A stretch of 54,954 nt of DNA from an uncultured Clostridia bacterium (GCA_947630425.1 CANRHN010000005.1:1-54954), one strand, 5' to 3'; shown: positions 41,375 to 50,838, numbered from the stretch's first letter. Translations and numbers: made by a program. The notes: generated from the letters alone by a model not told the origin.

Positions 41375-42195
41375 CCAATATATTGTCCGTGTTGTTTTAC
41401 CGTCTCAAAAAGAGCAAGTTGTTTTGGGTGATGTTGGGAGTGACGGCAGTGTTGCCGATACTTTCGGTGTTGCTTTTGGTAACCTTGGGTGCGTTTGTGT
41501 CTCCTTTTTTTGACGAGGCGGAAGTCGGTTTTTGGGAAATCCTTCACGAACTCAACATCACAACGTCGGAGCTTTCTTCCTATGGCGATTTGATGCACAT
41601 CTCGTCGTTGCTTGCAATCATCACATCAAGCGTCTTTTTGAGCAAAGAGTTTTCCTACGGCACGTACCGTAACGTTTTGCTTGCCAATCGCAGTCGTTTG
41701 GAGCTGTACGCCTCTCACCTGATTGTGTCTATGGTCATCGGCGCCGGTTTTTTGGGCGCGTCGATGACAACAACGCTTGTCGCTTCGGGCGCGGCGTTTG
41801 GGTTTGGTCAAATGCCTGCATTGGAGTGTGTCGGCGCAGTGGTAACGGCTTTTGCAATGGGTCTTGTGTCTGTGGCTTTTGCGCAGGTGCTGATGTGCAT
41901 GCTGTTGTTCTGCACGCGCAGATTGGCGGTTGCGCTTGCCTGCTCGATAGTGATATGTATGGTCGCGCCCGGTCTCATTGCGACGTTTGTGGAGTTGATG
42001 GGCGTTTTCAGCTTGCTGTCGGCGGGAGAGGTGAACATAGACTCGACTTGGACGCCGCTCTACAACGCTTCTTTGTTGGACGTTGCGGATTTGAACGGCG
42101 CGCTTGTCGGCAAAATTCTACTCTACCTTGTGCCCTTGACTGTGTTTTTCGGCTTTATGGGCTGGGTGGGCTTCCGCAAAGCGGATCTTAAGTAA
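41371..42195 (+). CDS. ABC-2 type permease
   Basis: Six TMs, [17 protein letters not shown]; overlaps the ATPase stop. Confidence 0.85.
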   Translation: MTNILSVLFYRLKKSKLFWVMLGVTAVLPILSVLLLVTLGAFVSPFFDEAEVGFWEILHELNITTSELSSYGDLMHISSLLAIITSSVFLSKEFSYGTYRNVLLANRSRLELYASHLIVSMVIGAGFLGASMTTTLVASGAAFGFGQMPALECVGAVVTAFAMGLVSVAFAQVLMCMLLFCTRRLAVALACSIVICMVAPGLIATFVELMGVFSLLSAGEVNIDSTWTPLYNASLLDVADLNGALVGKILLYLVPLTVFFGFMGWVGFRKADLK

Positions 42196-42268
42196 AACGG
42201 CAACAAAAAAAGGCTTGCTCTGTGGCAATACGTCACATTGCAAGTCTTTTTTTTGTATATAATTTGTA

Positions 42269-42916
42269 CTACCAAACAAAGTTTGCCCGCGCGCTTTCGC
42301 CGTTATCTATCACTATGTCCTGCGCGGTCATAGACTTGTTCACAACGGCGACAAAGTACACCCATTCGGCAATTTCTTCGGCTGACGCCCACTTTTTTAG
42401 GGGCGTTTCCTCCATTATCTGTTGCCAAAGGCGAGGTTCGTTCATCACGTGAGCGTTCAGTGGCGTTGTCACTCCTCCGGGCGAAATACTGTTGCTTGTA
42501 GCTCCCCAAGGGGCAACGCGTAAAGCAACGTTTTTCATATAGCTTACAACCCCGCCCTTGGAAGCGACGTACTCGGGAAATTCCGATCCCGTCGTCGCGC
42601 TTGCAGACGCCACAAAGACAATGCTTTTTATGCCTTTACGCACTCCGTATTGCTCCGTTATGCGCATTGCGCCCTTCAAATTGACGTCGATGTCCCGTCC
42701 GCTGTTTTGCACGCCCGCGTTGTTGACAAGCACGTCCACGTTGTCAATTTGCGGCAATTTGTCGCAAGCCACGTCCGCCACAAAGTGCATGTAGCGCGCG
42801 TGACGAATGTCGGCGGGAAGCACGTCCAAGCCCACAACGTCGTGTCCGCAAGAAAGAAATTTTTGCGCAACGGCTTTTCCTATTCCATTGCTGCTGCCCG
42901 TAACAAGCACTTTCAT
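42269..42916 (-). CDS. Short-chain dehydrogenase/reductase
   Basis: TGSSNGIG, NNAG, YVASK, NSISPG. Confidence 0.92.
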   Translation of the reverse strand: MKVLVTGSSNGIGKAVAQKFLSCGHDVVGLDVLPADIRHARYMHFVADVACDKLPQIDNVDVLVNNAGVQNSGRDIDVNLKGAMRITEQYGVRKGIKSIVFVASASATTGSEFPEYVASKGGVVSYMKNVALRVAPWGATSNSISPGGVTTPLNAHVMNEPRLWQQIMEETPLKKWASAEEIAEWVYFVAVVNKSMTAQDIVIDNGESARANFVW

Positions 42917-43665
42917 TGTTGCACCTCAAACTGCGCTATGTAGTCAAAGTAGGCTTTGCCCACCTGTTCCTTTTTCCATTTGCGGCAGACCGCGTAGCCG
43001 AGCGGACTGAACACCGCCTCGCACAACAACTCCGCCAACATTCCTGTTGCCGCACACGTAAGACATTGAAGGATGCTCCAACTGAAAAAGAAGTGGCTCA
43101 CGATGAGCGCGAATATAAGATTGTCGGCAAATTGAGCGATTGCGGTGGAAACATACGTGCGACACACGTACGCGCCAAAGCCGTCGGGGTGCTTGTGAAA
43201 CGCTTTGCCTATGCCCCAATTTGCAAAATTGTTGATGAGCGCAGAGGCAACAAACGCCACGGTACTGCCCGTCACAACAAACCAAGTGCCGCCGAAAGTG
43301 CTGTTCAAGGCGTCGTTTACAACCGGTTGCTCTCCAAAGTCGAAAAATGCGCCCCAGGTTCCGCCAATCACGCTGCCGAGAAATGTCATCAAGCAAGCCA
43401 GCAAGTTTGCGGCAATGGCAAACAGCGAAATCATTGTGGCGGCTTTTGGTCCAAAGTGTTTCGTAAGCACGTCCATGCACAAAAACGCCACCCAAGAAAC
43501 GATTATGCCGCAATCCAACGCCAGCCAACTGACGTTCAAGTCTATGCTTTTGTTGGCGAGCAAGTTCATCGTAAACACCGACAGCACAAACAAGCATACC
43601 GCCGTTGAGGGAACAGACCTCATCAAAGCGCGCCATTCGCCGCAAAAACGTTTGAATTTTTCCAT
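42913..43665 (-). CDS. VUT family (YhhQ-like, queuosine-precursor-type) transporter
   Basis: NLLANK, FLCMDVLTKHFG..AA, RTYVSTAIAQFADNLIF. Confidence 0.75.
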   Translation of the reverse strand: MEKFKRFCGEWRALMRSVPSTAVCLFVLSVFTMNLLANKSIDLNVSWLALDCGIIVSWVAFLCMDVLTKHFGPKAATMISLFAIAANLLACLMTFLGSVIGGTWGAFFDFGEQPVVNDALNSTFGGTWFVVTGSTVAFVASALINNFANWGIGKAFHKHPDGFGAYVCRTYVSTAIAQFADNLIFALIVSHFFFSWSILQCLTCAATGMLAELLCEAVFSPLGYAVCRKWKKEQVGKAYFDYIAQFEVQQ

Positions 43666-43669
43666 AAAA

Positions 43670-43766
43670 AAACTCCTTGTTTTTTAGTCCCTTCAAAGGG
43701 CGTCGACAGCGGCTTTCGCCGTCGATTGCAAACAGATGGTTACTGCAAGGACAACATCTGTTGCGT
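43670..43766 (-). ncRNA. Candidate translational riboswitch with preQ1-like pseudoknot
   Basis: Lies downstream of TTGACA-17-TATACT (43771-43799). Stem acagatg/catctgt has a loop UCCUUG complementary to the SD-overlapping CAAGGA, followed by two further hairpins and an A-rich linker. Confidence 0.55.
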
Positions 43767-43838
43767 TACAAGTATACAAAATTTGTCGCACGGTGTCAAA
43801 GCATTTGCAAAGAAATATGGGAAATTGCCTCGTTTTGC

Positions 43839-43867
43839 TTGACTTTGTAACGAATGACGGCTAAAAT
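43839..43867 (+). promoter_or_regulatory. SigA promoter for the met leader and metNIQ
   Basis: TTGACT-17 bp-TAAAAT. Confidence 0.7.
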
Positions 43868-43908
43868 AGTAGTATAATTTTTCGTCGGACATCGACAAAG
43901 AGGAAACA

Positions 43909-43989
43909 ATGAAAAGGACAAATCTCAAAATGGTCATGTGCATGTGCAATTCCCGAGCTGAGCGCGGGTTTTTGTCCATGACTTTTTAG
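43909..43989 (+). CDS. Putative Met/Cys-rich attenuator leader peptide (26 aa)
   Basis: SD AGAGGA; MKRTNLKMVMCMCNSRAERGFLSMTF*; overlaps the 5' arm of the antiterminator. Confidence 0.75.
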   Translation: MKRTNLKMVMCMCNSRAERGFLSMTF

Positions 43990-44011
43990 GGACAAACACT
44001 CAACGGCTTTC

Positions 44012-44041
44012 AAGCTCGGGATTGTTACCCGAGCTTTTTTT
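44012..44041 (+). terminator. Attenuator terminator upstream of metN
   Basis: aagctcggg-attgtta-cccgagctt plus T-run; its 5' arm can alternatively pair with tcccgagct at 43951-43959. Confidence 0.85.
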
Positions 44042-44063
44042 GTGCGATTTTCAGGAGAAAACA

Positions 44064-45047
44064 ATGATAGAGTTGAAAAATCTTACCAAAACATACCCAA
44101 CGATCGGCGGCGAAGTGGTTGCGCTCGAGGACGTCAACTTGACAATTCCCGACGGGGCGATATTCGGCGTGATAGGTCTTTCGGGAGCGGGCAAAAGCAC
44201 GCTTGTAAGGTGTCTCAATCTGTTGGAACGTCCCACATCGGGGCAGGTTATCATCGACGGCGAGGACATCACAAAGATTTCTAAAAAACAACTGCTGCAG
44301 TTGCGCCGCAACGTGGGAATGATTTTTCAGGGGTTCAACCTTTTGGAACAGCGCACAGTGGAGGCAAACGTGCGGTTTCCGTTGGAGCTTGACAGAGTTC
44401 CGCGCAATCAAGCCGCCGCGCGAGTCGCCGAGTTGTTGGAATTGGTCGGTCTGTCCGACAAAGCCAAAGCATACCCGTCGCAGCTTTCCGGCGGACAAAA
44501 GCAGCGCGTAGCCATTGCAAGAGCGCTTGCCACCAAGCCCAAGTACGTGTTGTGCGACGAGGCCACAAGCGCATTGGACCCCACCACGACGGAATCGATT
44601 TTGCAACTTGTGAAGGACGTCAACAAAAAGTTAGGCGTTACGGTTGTTGTCATCACCCACGAAATGCGCGTTGTGGAAAGTATCTGCACGCACGTTGCGG
44701 TCATAGACAACAGCCGTATTGCGGAGACGGGTTTGGTCAGCGAGGTGTTCAGTTACCCGCAGTCGGACATTGCCAAACAGCTGATAATTCCCAACCTCAT
44801 ACGTTCCCTTGCGGGCGGCGAGGGCACAAAATTGCGGTTGGTGTTCAACGGCGAACAGTCTGATGAACCGATAGTTTCCGCTTTGGCAATGGAGTGCCGT
44901 GTTGCCGTCAACATTCTTTATGCCGACACAAAAAACATCGACGGCAAGGCGTTCGGACATATGGTAATCACCGTTCCCGACGGCAAATCGGCAACGGTAA
45001 CAAAATTTTTGGACGCGCACGGCGTGTCGTACAGGGAGGAAGTATGA
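44064..45047 (+). CDS. metN: Methionine ABC transporter ATP-binding protein
   Basis: GLSGAGKSTL, YPSQLSGGQKQR, CDEATSALDP, C-terminal NIL domain. Confidence 0.95.
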   Translation: MIELKNLTKTYPTIGGEVVALEDVNLTIPDGAIFGVIGLSGAGKSTLVRCLNLLERPTSGQVIIDGEDITKISKKQLLQLRRNVGMIFQGFNLLEQRTVEANVRFPLELDRVPRNQAAARVAELLELVGLSDKAKAYPSQLSGGQKQRVAIARALATKPKYVLCDEATSALDPTTTESILQLVKDVNKKLGVTVVVITHEMRVVESICTHVAVIDNSRIAETGLVSEVFSYPQSDIAKQLIIPNLIRSLAGGEGTKLRLVFNGEQSDEPIVSALAMECRVAVNILYADTKNIDGKAFGHMVITVPDGKSATVTKFLDAHGVSYREEV

Positions 45048-45739
45048 GCGTACTGTTTACACAATTGTGGTCTAACGGCGGATTTTGGCTGGGAGTGTGG
45101 GAAACGTTGTATATGACGGTGACGTCTGCGGTGCTTGCGTATATCATCGGTTTGCCGCTCGGAGTGGTGTTGGTGCTGACCGACCGCGACGGACTGTCAC
45201 CTGTGGTCTGGTTAAATAAAATTCTTGGAACTGTCGTCAATCTTGTGCGTAGTTTTCCGTTTATCATTTTGATGGTGGCATTGGTGCCTGTGGCGGCGGC
45301 ATTGTTGGGCTCAAGCATAGGAAACGGAGCAATGATTTTTATGTTAGTGGTGGCAAGCGCCCCGTTTGTTGCGCGGATGGTGGAATCGTCGCTGAAGGAG
45401 GTGGACAAGGGCGTGATAGAAGCAGCCCGTTCGATGGGAGCAAGCAATTTCCAAATTATTTGTAAAGTGTATCTCCCCGAAGCAAAACCCTCTTTGATTG
45501 TGGGCGCGGTCATTTCTACCGTTACCATATTGGGGTATTCGGCGATGTCCGCCACTATTGCGGGCGGAGGTCTCGGTGCAATTGCGACCAGAGCGCGCAA
45601 CGTATATGCTGATGATGTTATATGGTTGTGCGTGGCTTTAACGGTAGTTGTCGTACAAGTCATTCAGGAGGGAGGCATGTTTTTGGCTCGCAAGGTAGAT
45701 AAACGTCGCCGTGTCAACAGACGAACCAAACAATCCTAA
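45044..45739 (+). CDS. metI: Methionine ABC transporter permease
   Basis: ETLYMT, RSFPFIILM, EVDKGVIEAARSMGAS, GYSAM..GGGLG. Confidence 0.93.
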   Translation: MSVLFTQLWSNGGFWLGVWETLYMTVTSAVLAYIIGLPLGVVLVLTDRDGLSPVVWLNKILGTVVNLVRSFPFIILMVALVPVAAALLGSSIGNGAMIFMLVVASAPFVARMVESSLKEVDKGVIEAARSMGASNFQIICKVYLPEAKPSLIVGAVISTVTILGYSAMSATIAGGGLGAIATRARNVYADDVIWLCVALTVVVVQVIQEGGMFLARKVDKRRRVNRRTKQS

Positions 45740-45823
45740 AATAATTCTGATACCGACGCAAGCACTGTCGAGGTGTAAGCAACGTATCTAACAATAAAAT
45801 ATCAACAAAAAAAGGAGAAAACC

Positions 45824-46669
45824 ATGAAAAAAATTATTACTTTTGTTTTGATAGCGGCACTTGTTCTTACAATTGCTTTTGCTTTGGTGGGTTGCGACAA
45901 AGCTCATACCATTACAGTGGGCGCAAGTGCCACTCCCCATGCTGAAATTCTTGAAGTAATCAAAGACGGATTAAAAGAAAACGGTTGGAAATTGAAAATC
46001 AAAGTTTTTGACGACTACATAACCCCCAACACGGCATTGGATGAGGGCAGCCTTGACGCCAACTATTTTCAACACACGCCCTATCTTGAGGACTTCAACA
46101 AAAACAACAACACCGACCTTGTGAGCGTGGGAAAAATTCACTATGAACCGCTGGGTCTTTACGGTAAGGGAGTGACGCCCACACAATACAAAACGGCGAG
46201 TTTTGACAAAACCAATCGAACCATTCTTGTTCCCAATGACGGTAGCAACCTTACCCGCGCGCTCTTCCTGTTGCAAGATGAAGGTTTCATCACATTGCGA
46301 GAAGGGGCCCAGGCAACAGATACGCTCACTCTGGAAGATATAAAACAAACCAACAGCAACACCATCAGTGATGTAGATGCCGCCACGGTTGCAGCGCATT
46401 TGAGAGACGCCGACAGTGGCACATTGGCGGTAATCAACGGTAATTTCGCATTGTCGGCGGGATTCAAAATTGCAAAAGATGCACTTGCGGTGGAAGATGC
46501 CAATGGAGACGCGGCGCAGTTGTACGCCAATATCATTGCCGTGAAACATGGTAACGAGGAATCCGAAAAGACTAAGGCGTTGCTTGCCGCGCTTTACAGC
46601 AAAGAGGTGTACGACTACATTCTTGCCACCTACAACGGCTCAGTTGTGCCCGTGTTTACGGTGGAGTAG
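45824..46669 (+). CDS. metQ: Methionine ABC transporter substrate-binding lipoprotein
   Basis: Lipobox LVGC, PHAEIL, DANYFQHTPYL, PND.SN..RAL, YANII. Confidence 0.93.
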   Translation: MKKIITFVLIAALVLTIAFALVGCDKAHTITVGASATPHAEILEVIKDGLKENGWKLKIKVFDDYITPNTALDEGSLDANYFQHTPYLEDFNKNNNTDLVSVGKIHYEPLGLYGKGVTPTQYKTASFDKTNRTILVPNDGSNLTRALFLLQDEGFITLREGAQATDTLTLEDIKQTNSNTISDVDAATVAAHLRDADSGTLAVINGNFALSAGFKIAKDALAVEDANGDAAQLYANIIAVKHGNEESEKTKALLAALYSKEVYDYILATYNGSVVPVFTVE

Positions 46670-46847
46670 CAGAGGGAACAATCGACAACAGCCAATTTTC
46701 GGCTGTAACAACCCTTTGTCGTATCAGCAGCGCCTCTTGCTGCTTGTAAAAACAGTTGAAAAAAACTTTGTTTTTTGCTATACTGTAAAATGAAGTAGTA
46801 GGCGTCAAATTGCAAGCGCGATTTTGCCCGACTCAAACGGAGAAAAT

Positions 46848-48680
46848 ATGAGTATATCCAACAAAACCGAAGATTGCAACAATTGCGAAAAAATCAAATC
46901 GGTCAGAAAAACAAAAATAGGCGGTCAAGCCGTTCTCGAAGGCGTAATGATGCGCGGCAACAGCAGCATGGCGCTTGCTTGTCGCGACGAAATGGGCAAC
47001 ATACGCTTGGATACCACGCGCCTTCCCGCCAAAAAGCCATGGTACAGGAAAGTACCCTTTGTTCGCGGCGTCGTAAATTTGGTAATTTCCATGATCTCGG
47101 GCGTCAAAATCATCGGCAAGTCCGCCGAAGTTATGGTGGAGGACGTTGACACCAAGGGCGACGGCGGCGGCATGGGGTGGATGATGTTTGTGTCTACCCT
47201 TTTGGGACTTGGCTTGGCAATAGCATTGTTCATTTTGGCGCCGACCTTTCTCACCCGCGGCATTTTCGGATTGGTAAAATTGAATATAGGGGATCTCAAA
47301 TGGGCGTGGCTCAAATCGTTGCTCGAGGGCGTGTTCAAAATTGTTGTGCTTGTGGTGTACATGGCGACAATTTCCTGTATGAAGGAAATCAAGCGTGTGT
47401 TTATGTACCATGGAGCAGAACACAAAACAATCGCCTGCTACGAAGCGGGCTTGGAATTGAACGTGGAAAACGTCAAAAAGTGCAGTCGCTATCATGACCG
47501 TTGCGGCACCAGCTTCATTGTTTTTGTTGTGGTGTTGTCGGTAATTCTCATGATGGTGTTGGACGTGGTGTGCGCCGCTTGTCATTGGGATTTTTTCTTG
47601 AAAAACGAACATTGGTGGCTCAGGGCGTTGCTCAAAATTGCCTTGTTGCCCGTTGTCGCAGGTATCAGCTACGAAATGTTGATGTTGCTTGCATGCAGCA
47701 ATTTCATTCTGTTCCGTCCTCTCAAATGGTTGGGCAAGCAGTTTCAAAAACTCACCACGCGCGAGCCGGACGACGGCATGTGCGAGGTGGCAATCGCTTC
47801 CTTCAACGCGGTGTTGGAAATGGACGCAGATCCGACCATACCCGAACGTCACTTCCCCGACCCTGTAAGCTTGGCGGAATTTCGCAAGTCGCTGGAGGAA
47901 AAGTGTCCCGAACTTGTACAAAGCGTCAAGGGGGATGTTGATTGGCTTGTGTGCGCCGTGCTGAACATCGGCAAAGAGGATCTTCTCAATCCCAAAGTAA
48001 AAGTTCCTTTCGGTTGGCTTGTTCGTCTTGACAAAATGTCGGAGAGGCTTGCGCAGGGCGAACCATGGCAGTACGTCGTGGGTGCAACGGGGTTTTACGG
48101 ACGCACTTTCAAATTGGACGGCAACGTTCTCATTCCCCGTATGGAAACGGAACTTGTGTGCGAGGAAATGCTCAAGCACGTTCAGTCCAAAGCCAAAGTG
48201 TTGGATATGTGCTGCGGCAGCGGTATTCTCGGCATTACCGCTGCATTGGAAAAGGAGTGCGACGTTACGCTTGCCGACGTGAGCAAGGAAGCTTTGAAGA
48301 TTGCCAAAGTCAACGCCAAGCAAAACAAAGCCAACGTAAGCTTTGTGCAAAGCGACATGTTTGAACAAGTAAAGGGCAAATACGACGTGATTGTGTGCAA
48401 TCCGCCTTACATCGAAAGCGACGTTATCGAAACGCTGGACGCAAGCGTAAAGAATTACGAGCCGAGACTTGCCTTGGACGGCGGCGCGGACGGGTTGGAT
48501 TTTTACAGGAAAACAGCCCAAGTCGTCACGTCGCACTTGCGCGAAAACGGGGTACTTGTGTTGGAAATCGGGTACAATCAGGGCGAAGCCATCAAAGCGT
48601 TGTTCCAAGACAAATTTGACGTGCAAGTTTCCAAAGACTACGGCGGAAACGACCGCATTGTCGTTGCGCGTCTCAAGTAA
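46848..48680 (+). CDS. prmC: Fusion of DUF1385 membrane domain and release-factor glutamine methyltransferase PrmC
   Basis: N-terminus GGQAVLEGVMMR, YHGAEHK, RCGTSF, QKLTTREP; C-terminus EPWQY, LIPRMETE, LDMCCGSG, NPPY, ALDGGADGL, EIGYNQ; single frame. Confidence 0.9.
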   Translation: MSISNKTEDCNNCEKIKSVRKTKIGGQAVLEGVMMRGNSSMALACRDEMGNIRLDTTRLPAKKPWYRKVPFVRGVVNLVISMISGVKIIGKSAEVMVEDVDTKGDGGGMGWMMFVSTLLGLGLAIALFILAPTFLTRGIFGLVKLNIGDLKWAWLKSLLEGVFKIVVLVVYMATISCMKEIKRVFMYHGAEHKTIACYEAGLELNVENVKKCSRYHDRCGTSFIVFVVVLSVILMMVLDVVCAACHWDFFLKNEHWWLRALLKIALLPVVAGISYEMLMLLACSNFILFRPLKWLGKQFQKLTTREPDDGMCEVAIASFNAVLEMDADPTIPERHFPDPVSLAEFRKSLEEKCPELVQSVKGDVDWLVCAVLNIGKEDLLNPKVKVPFGWLVRLDKMSERLAQGEPWQYVVGATGFYGRTFKLDGNVLIPRMETELVCEEMLKHVQSKAKVLDMCCGSGILGITAALEKECDVTLADVSKEALKIAKVNAKQNKANVSFVQSDMFEQVKGKYDVIVCNPPYIESDVIETLDASVKNYEPRLALDGGADGLDFYRKTAQVVTSHLRENGVLVLEIGYNQGEAIKALFQDKFDVQVSKDYGGNDRIVVARLK

Positions 48681-48719
48681 TTCGGTCCGACAACGCAAAA
48701 TATTCAGTACGGAGAATGT

Positions 48720-49790
48720 ATGTTAGAAAAACTTGAAAAATTGGTAGATCGCTACAATTTTCTCACCGAGGAAATAGCCAAACCGGAAGTTATAGCCGAC
48801 AACAACACTTGGAAAAAGCTTGTAAAGGAACATAGCAACCTTACGCCTATCATAGAGTGCTACGCGGAGTATCGCCGCACTCGCGAGGAGCTTAACGCCA
48901 ATTTGGAGCTTATGAACGTGGAAACGGACAAAGAAATGCTTTCGTTGCTCCACGAGGACGTTGCCTTGCAAAAAAAGCGTTCGGAGGAGCTTGAAGAGCA
49001 GCTTAAGGTGTTGCTTTTGCCCAAAGACCCCAATGACGACAAAAACGTCATTGTGGAAATTCGCGCGGGCGCAGGCGGCGAGGAAGCGGCGTTGTTTGCC
49101 AACGAAATTCGCCGCATGTACTATATGTTTGCGGAAAAAAACCGTTGGAAAGTGGAAGAAATAGACATAGAGGAAAACGAGCTGGGCGGTCTTAAGGAAG
49201 GCAGCTTTATGGTGGTGGGCGACGGCGCATACAGCAAGTTCAAATTTGAAAGCGGCGTTCACCGCGTGCAGCGCGTGCCCGACACGGAAAGTCAGGGACG
49301 TATTCACACCAGCACAATTACCGTTGCGGTGCTGCCGGAAGCTCCCGACGTGGAATTGGAAATTCTCGACAAGGACCTCAAGATAGACACCTACCGTTCA
49401 AGCGGCGCGGGAGGGCAACACGTAAACAAAACGGAGAGCGCAATTCGTATCACGCACCTGCCCACGGGTATTGTCGTCAATTGTCAGGACGAGCGCAGCC
49501 AAATCAAAAACCGCGAGCGCGCCATGAGCATACTCAAAAGCAAGCTGTACGATTTTTACCAATCCCAAGCGGACGCGGAGTATGCCGCCGCGCGCAAGTC
49601 GCAGGTAGGCACGGGCGATCGCAGCGAACGTATACGCACGTACAATTTCCCGCAGGGGCGCGTCACGGATCACCGTATCGGCTTGACTTTGTACTCTATC
49701 GATGCCTTTATGAACGGCGACATCGGCGAAATGGTGGAGGCGTTGCGCCTTGCCGACCAAACAAAAAAGCTGCAATCCGCCGACGAATAA
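48720..49790 (+). CDS. prfA: Peptide chain release factor 1
   Basis: ESGVHRVQRVPDTE (PxT), GAGGQHVN, RTYNFPQGRVTDHRI. Confidence 0.97.
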   Translation: MLEKLEKLVDRYNFLTEEIAKPEVIADNNTWKKLVKEHSNLTPIIECYAEYRRTREELNANLELMNVETDKEMLSLLHEDVALQKKRSEELEEQLKVLLLPKDPNDDKNVIVEIRAGAGGEEAALFANEIRRMYYMFAEKNRWKVEEIDIEENELGGLKEGSFMVVGDGAYSKFKFESGVHRVQRVPDTESQGRIHTSTITVAVLPEAPDVELEILDKDLKIDTYRSSGAGGQHVNKTESAIRITHLPTGIVVNCQDERSQIKNRERAMSILKSKLYDFYQSQADAEYAAARKSQVGTGDRSERIRTYNFPQGRVTDHRIGLTLYSIDAFMNGDIGEMVEALRLADQTKKLQSADE

Positions 49791-49857
49791 AAACTTTTAA
49801 CAAACGCTGCAACCGTTTTGTCGAACGGAACGGTTTGATTTTTTCTGAGAGGTAAAA

Positions 49858-50838
49858 ATGAAAAAACTCATTTTGTTGTTTTTGATAGCGGCAATGATCC
49901 TTTCCGCTTTCACATTTACCGCGTGCATGAACAATGCGCTCACATTGTACGTGACAGACGACTATTCCGCGCTTTCCGTTGCAAACATCATCAACGACGG
50001 CAACATCGGCGGTGAAAGTCGCCAAGCCAAAAAGGTAAAAACGGTGGTATCAGAGGAAGCGGACGTTATCGCAAAATGCACCGCGGGCGAGGCGGACATG
50101 GCTGTGCTGCCAACAAACATCGCCGTCAAAATTTGCAGCGGTTCCAAAAGCGACTACGTTTTGTTCAGCGTCAATGCGTATGGCGCGCTGTACATTGTCG
50201 GAACGGAAGAGTTGACGGAGTTCACGCAACTCAAGGGAAAGAACATGCTCGGTATCGGCGAGTCCGCCGCGCCGGAAACAGTTCTCAAAAAGGTTTGTTC
50301 CGCGCAAAAAGTCAGTTACCGCAATTCTTCGAGCACTTCGTCAACTTATCTATCCGTCAAGTACTATAACGCGTCGGAGATTATCACGCAATTGGTGCAG
50401 GGAAACGCCGATTTTGCCCTGTTGGACGCGCCTGCGGTCACGCAGTGCGCGGCGCAAATGGAGCAGAACGGAAAAACGCTCTACACCTTGTTCGACATGC
50501 AGCAATTGTGGCAAAGTGCCGTCGAAGGTAGCGGCAATGGTTTTCCGCAGACAAGCATGATTGTAAGGAAGGGCGTATTTTCCAAGTTTTCTCAACAACT
50601 CAAAGCGTCTCTCGACGCAAACGCCAAGTATCTGAACGAGCATGCGAAGGATCTCAAAACCGTTTTGCAATCGGCGGGAAGCACGCTGACGACAGATTTT
50701 ACCAAGGAAATTGTCGCCCGTTGCAACATCAGGAATGTTGCCGCGACAGACGCGCGCAGCGACCTTGACCTGTACCTTGACGTTTTTGGCGGAATGAGCG
50801 GCTTGCTTCCGCTTGATGACAAAATTTTCGGAATCTAA
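49858..50838 (+). CDS. Periplasmic-binding-protein-type lipoprotein (NitT/TauT-like)
   Basis: Lipobox FTAC, DMAVLPTN.A, GALYIVG, LKGK. No cognate permease next to it. Confidence 0.65.
   Translation: MKKLILLFLIAAMILSAFTFTACMNNALTLYVTDDYSALSVANIINDGNIGGESRQAKKVKTVVSEEADVIAKCTAGEADMAVLPTNIAVKICSGSKSDYVLFSVNAYGALYIVGTEELTEFTQLKGKNMLGIGESAAPETVLKKVCSAQKVSYRNSSSTSSTYLSVKYYNASEIITQLVQGNADFALLDAPAVTQCAAQMEQNGKTLYTLFDMQQLWQSAVEGSGNGFPQTSMIVRKGVFSKFSQQLKASLDANAKYLNEHAKDLKTVLQSAGSTLTTDFTKEIVARCNIRNVAATDARSDLDLYLDVFGGMSGLLPLDDKIFGI

Noticed and set aside
43880-44045. T-box, S-box or SMK riboswitch upstream of metN
   Set aside because: No T-box UGGNACC antiterminator and no S-box AUCNAGAG core. UUCCCGA only superficially resembles the SMK box and is explained by antiterminator pairing.
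31259-48698. Long antisense ORFs (for example 31259-32950, 33496-35676, 46833-48698)
   Set aside because: They are shadows of well-supported genes on the opposite strand, with no motifs or SD.
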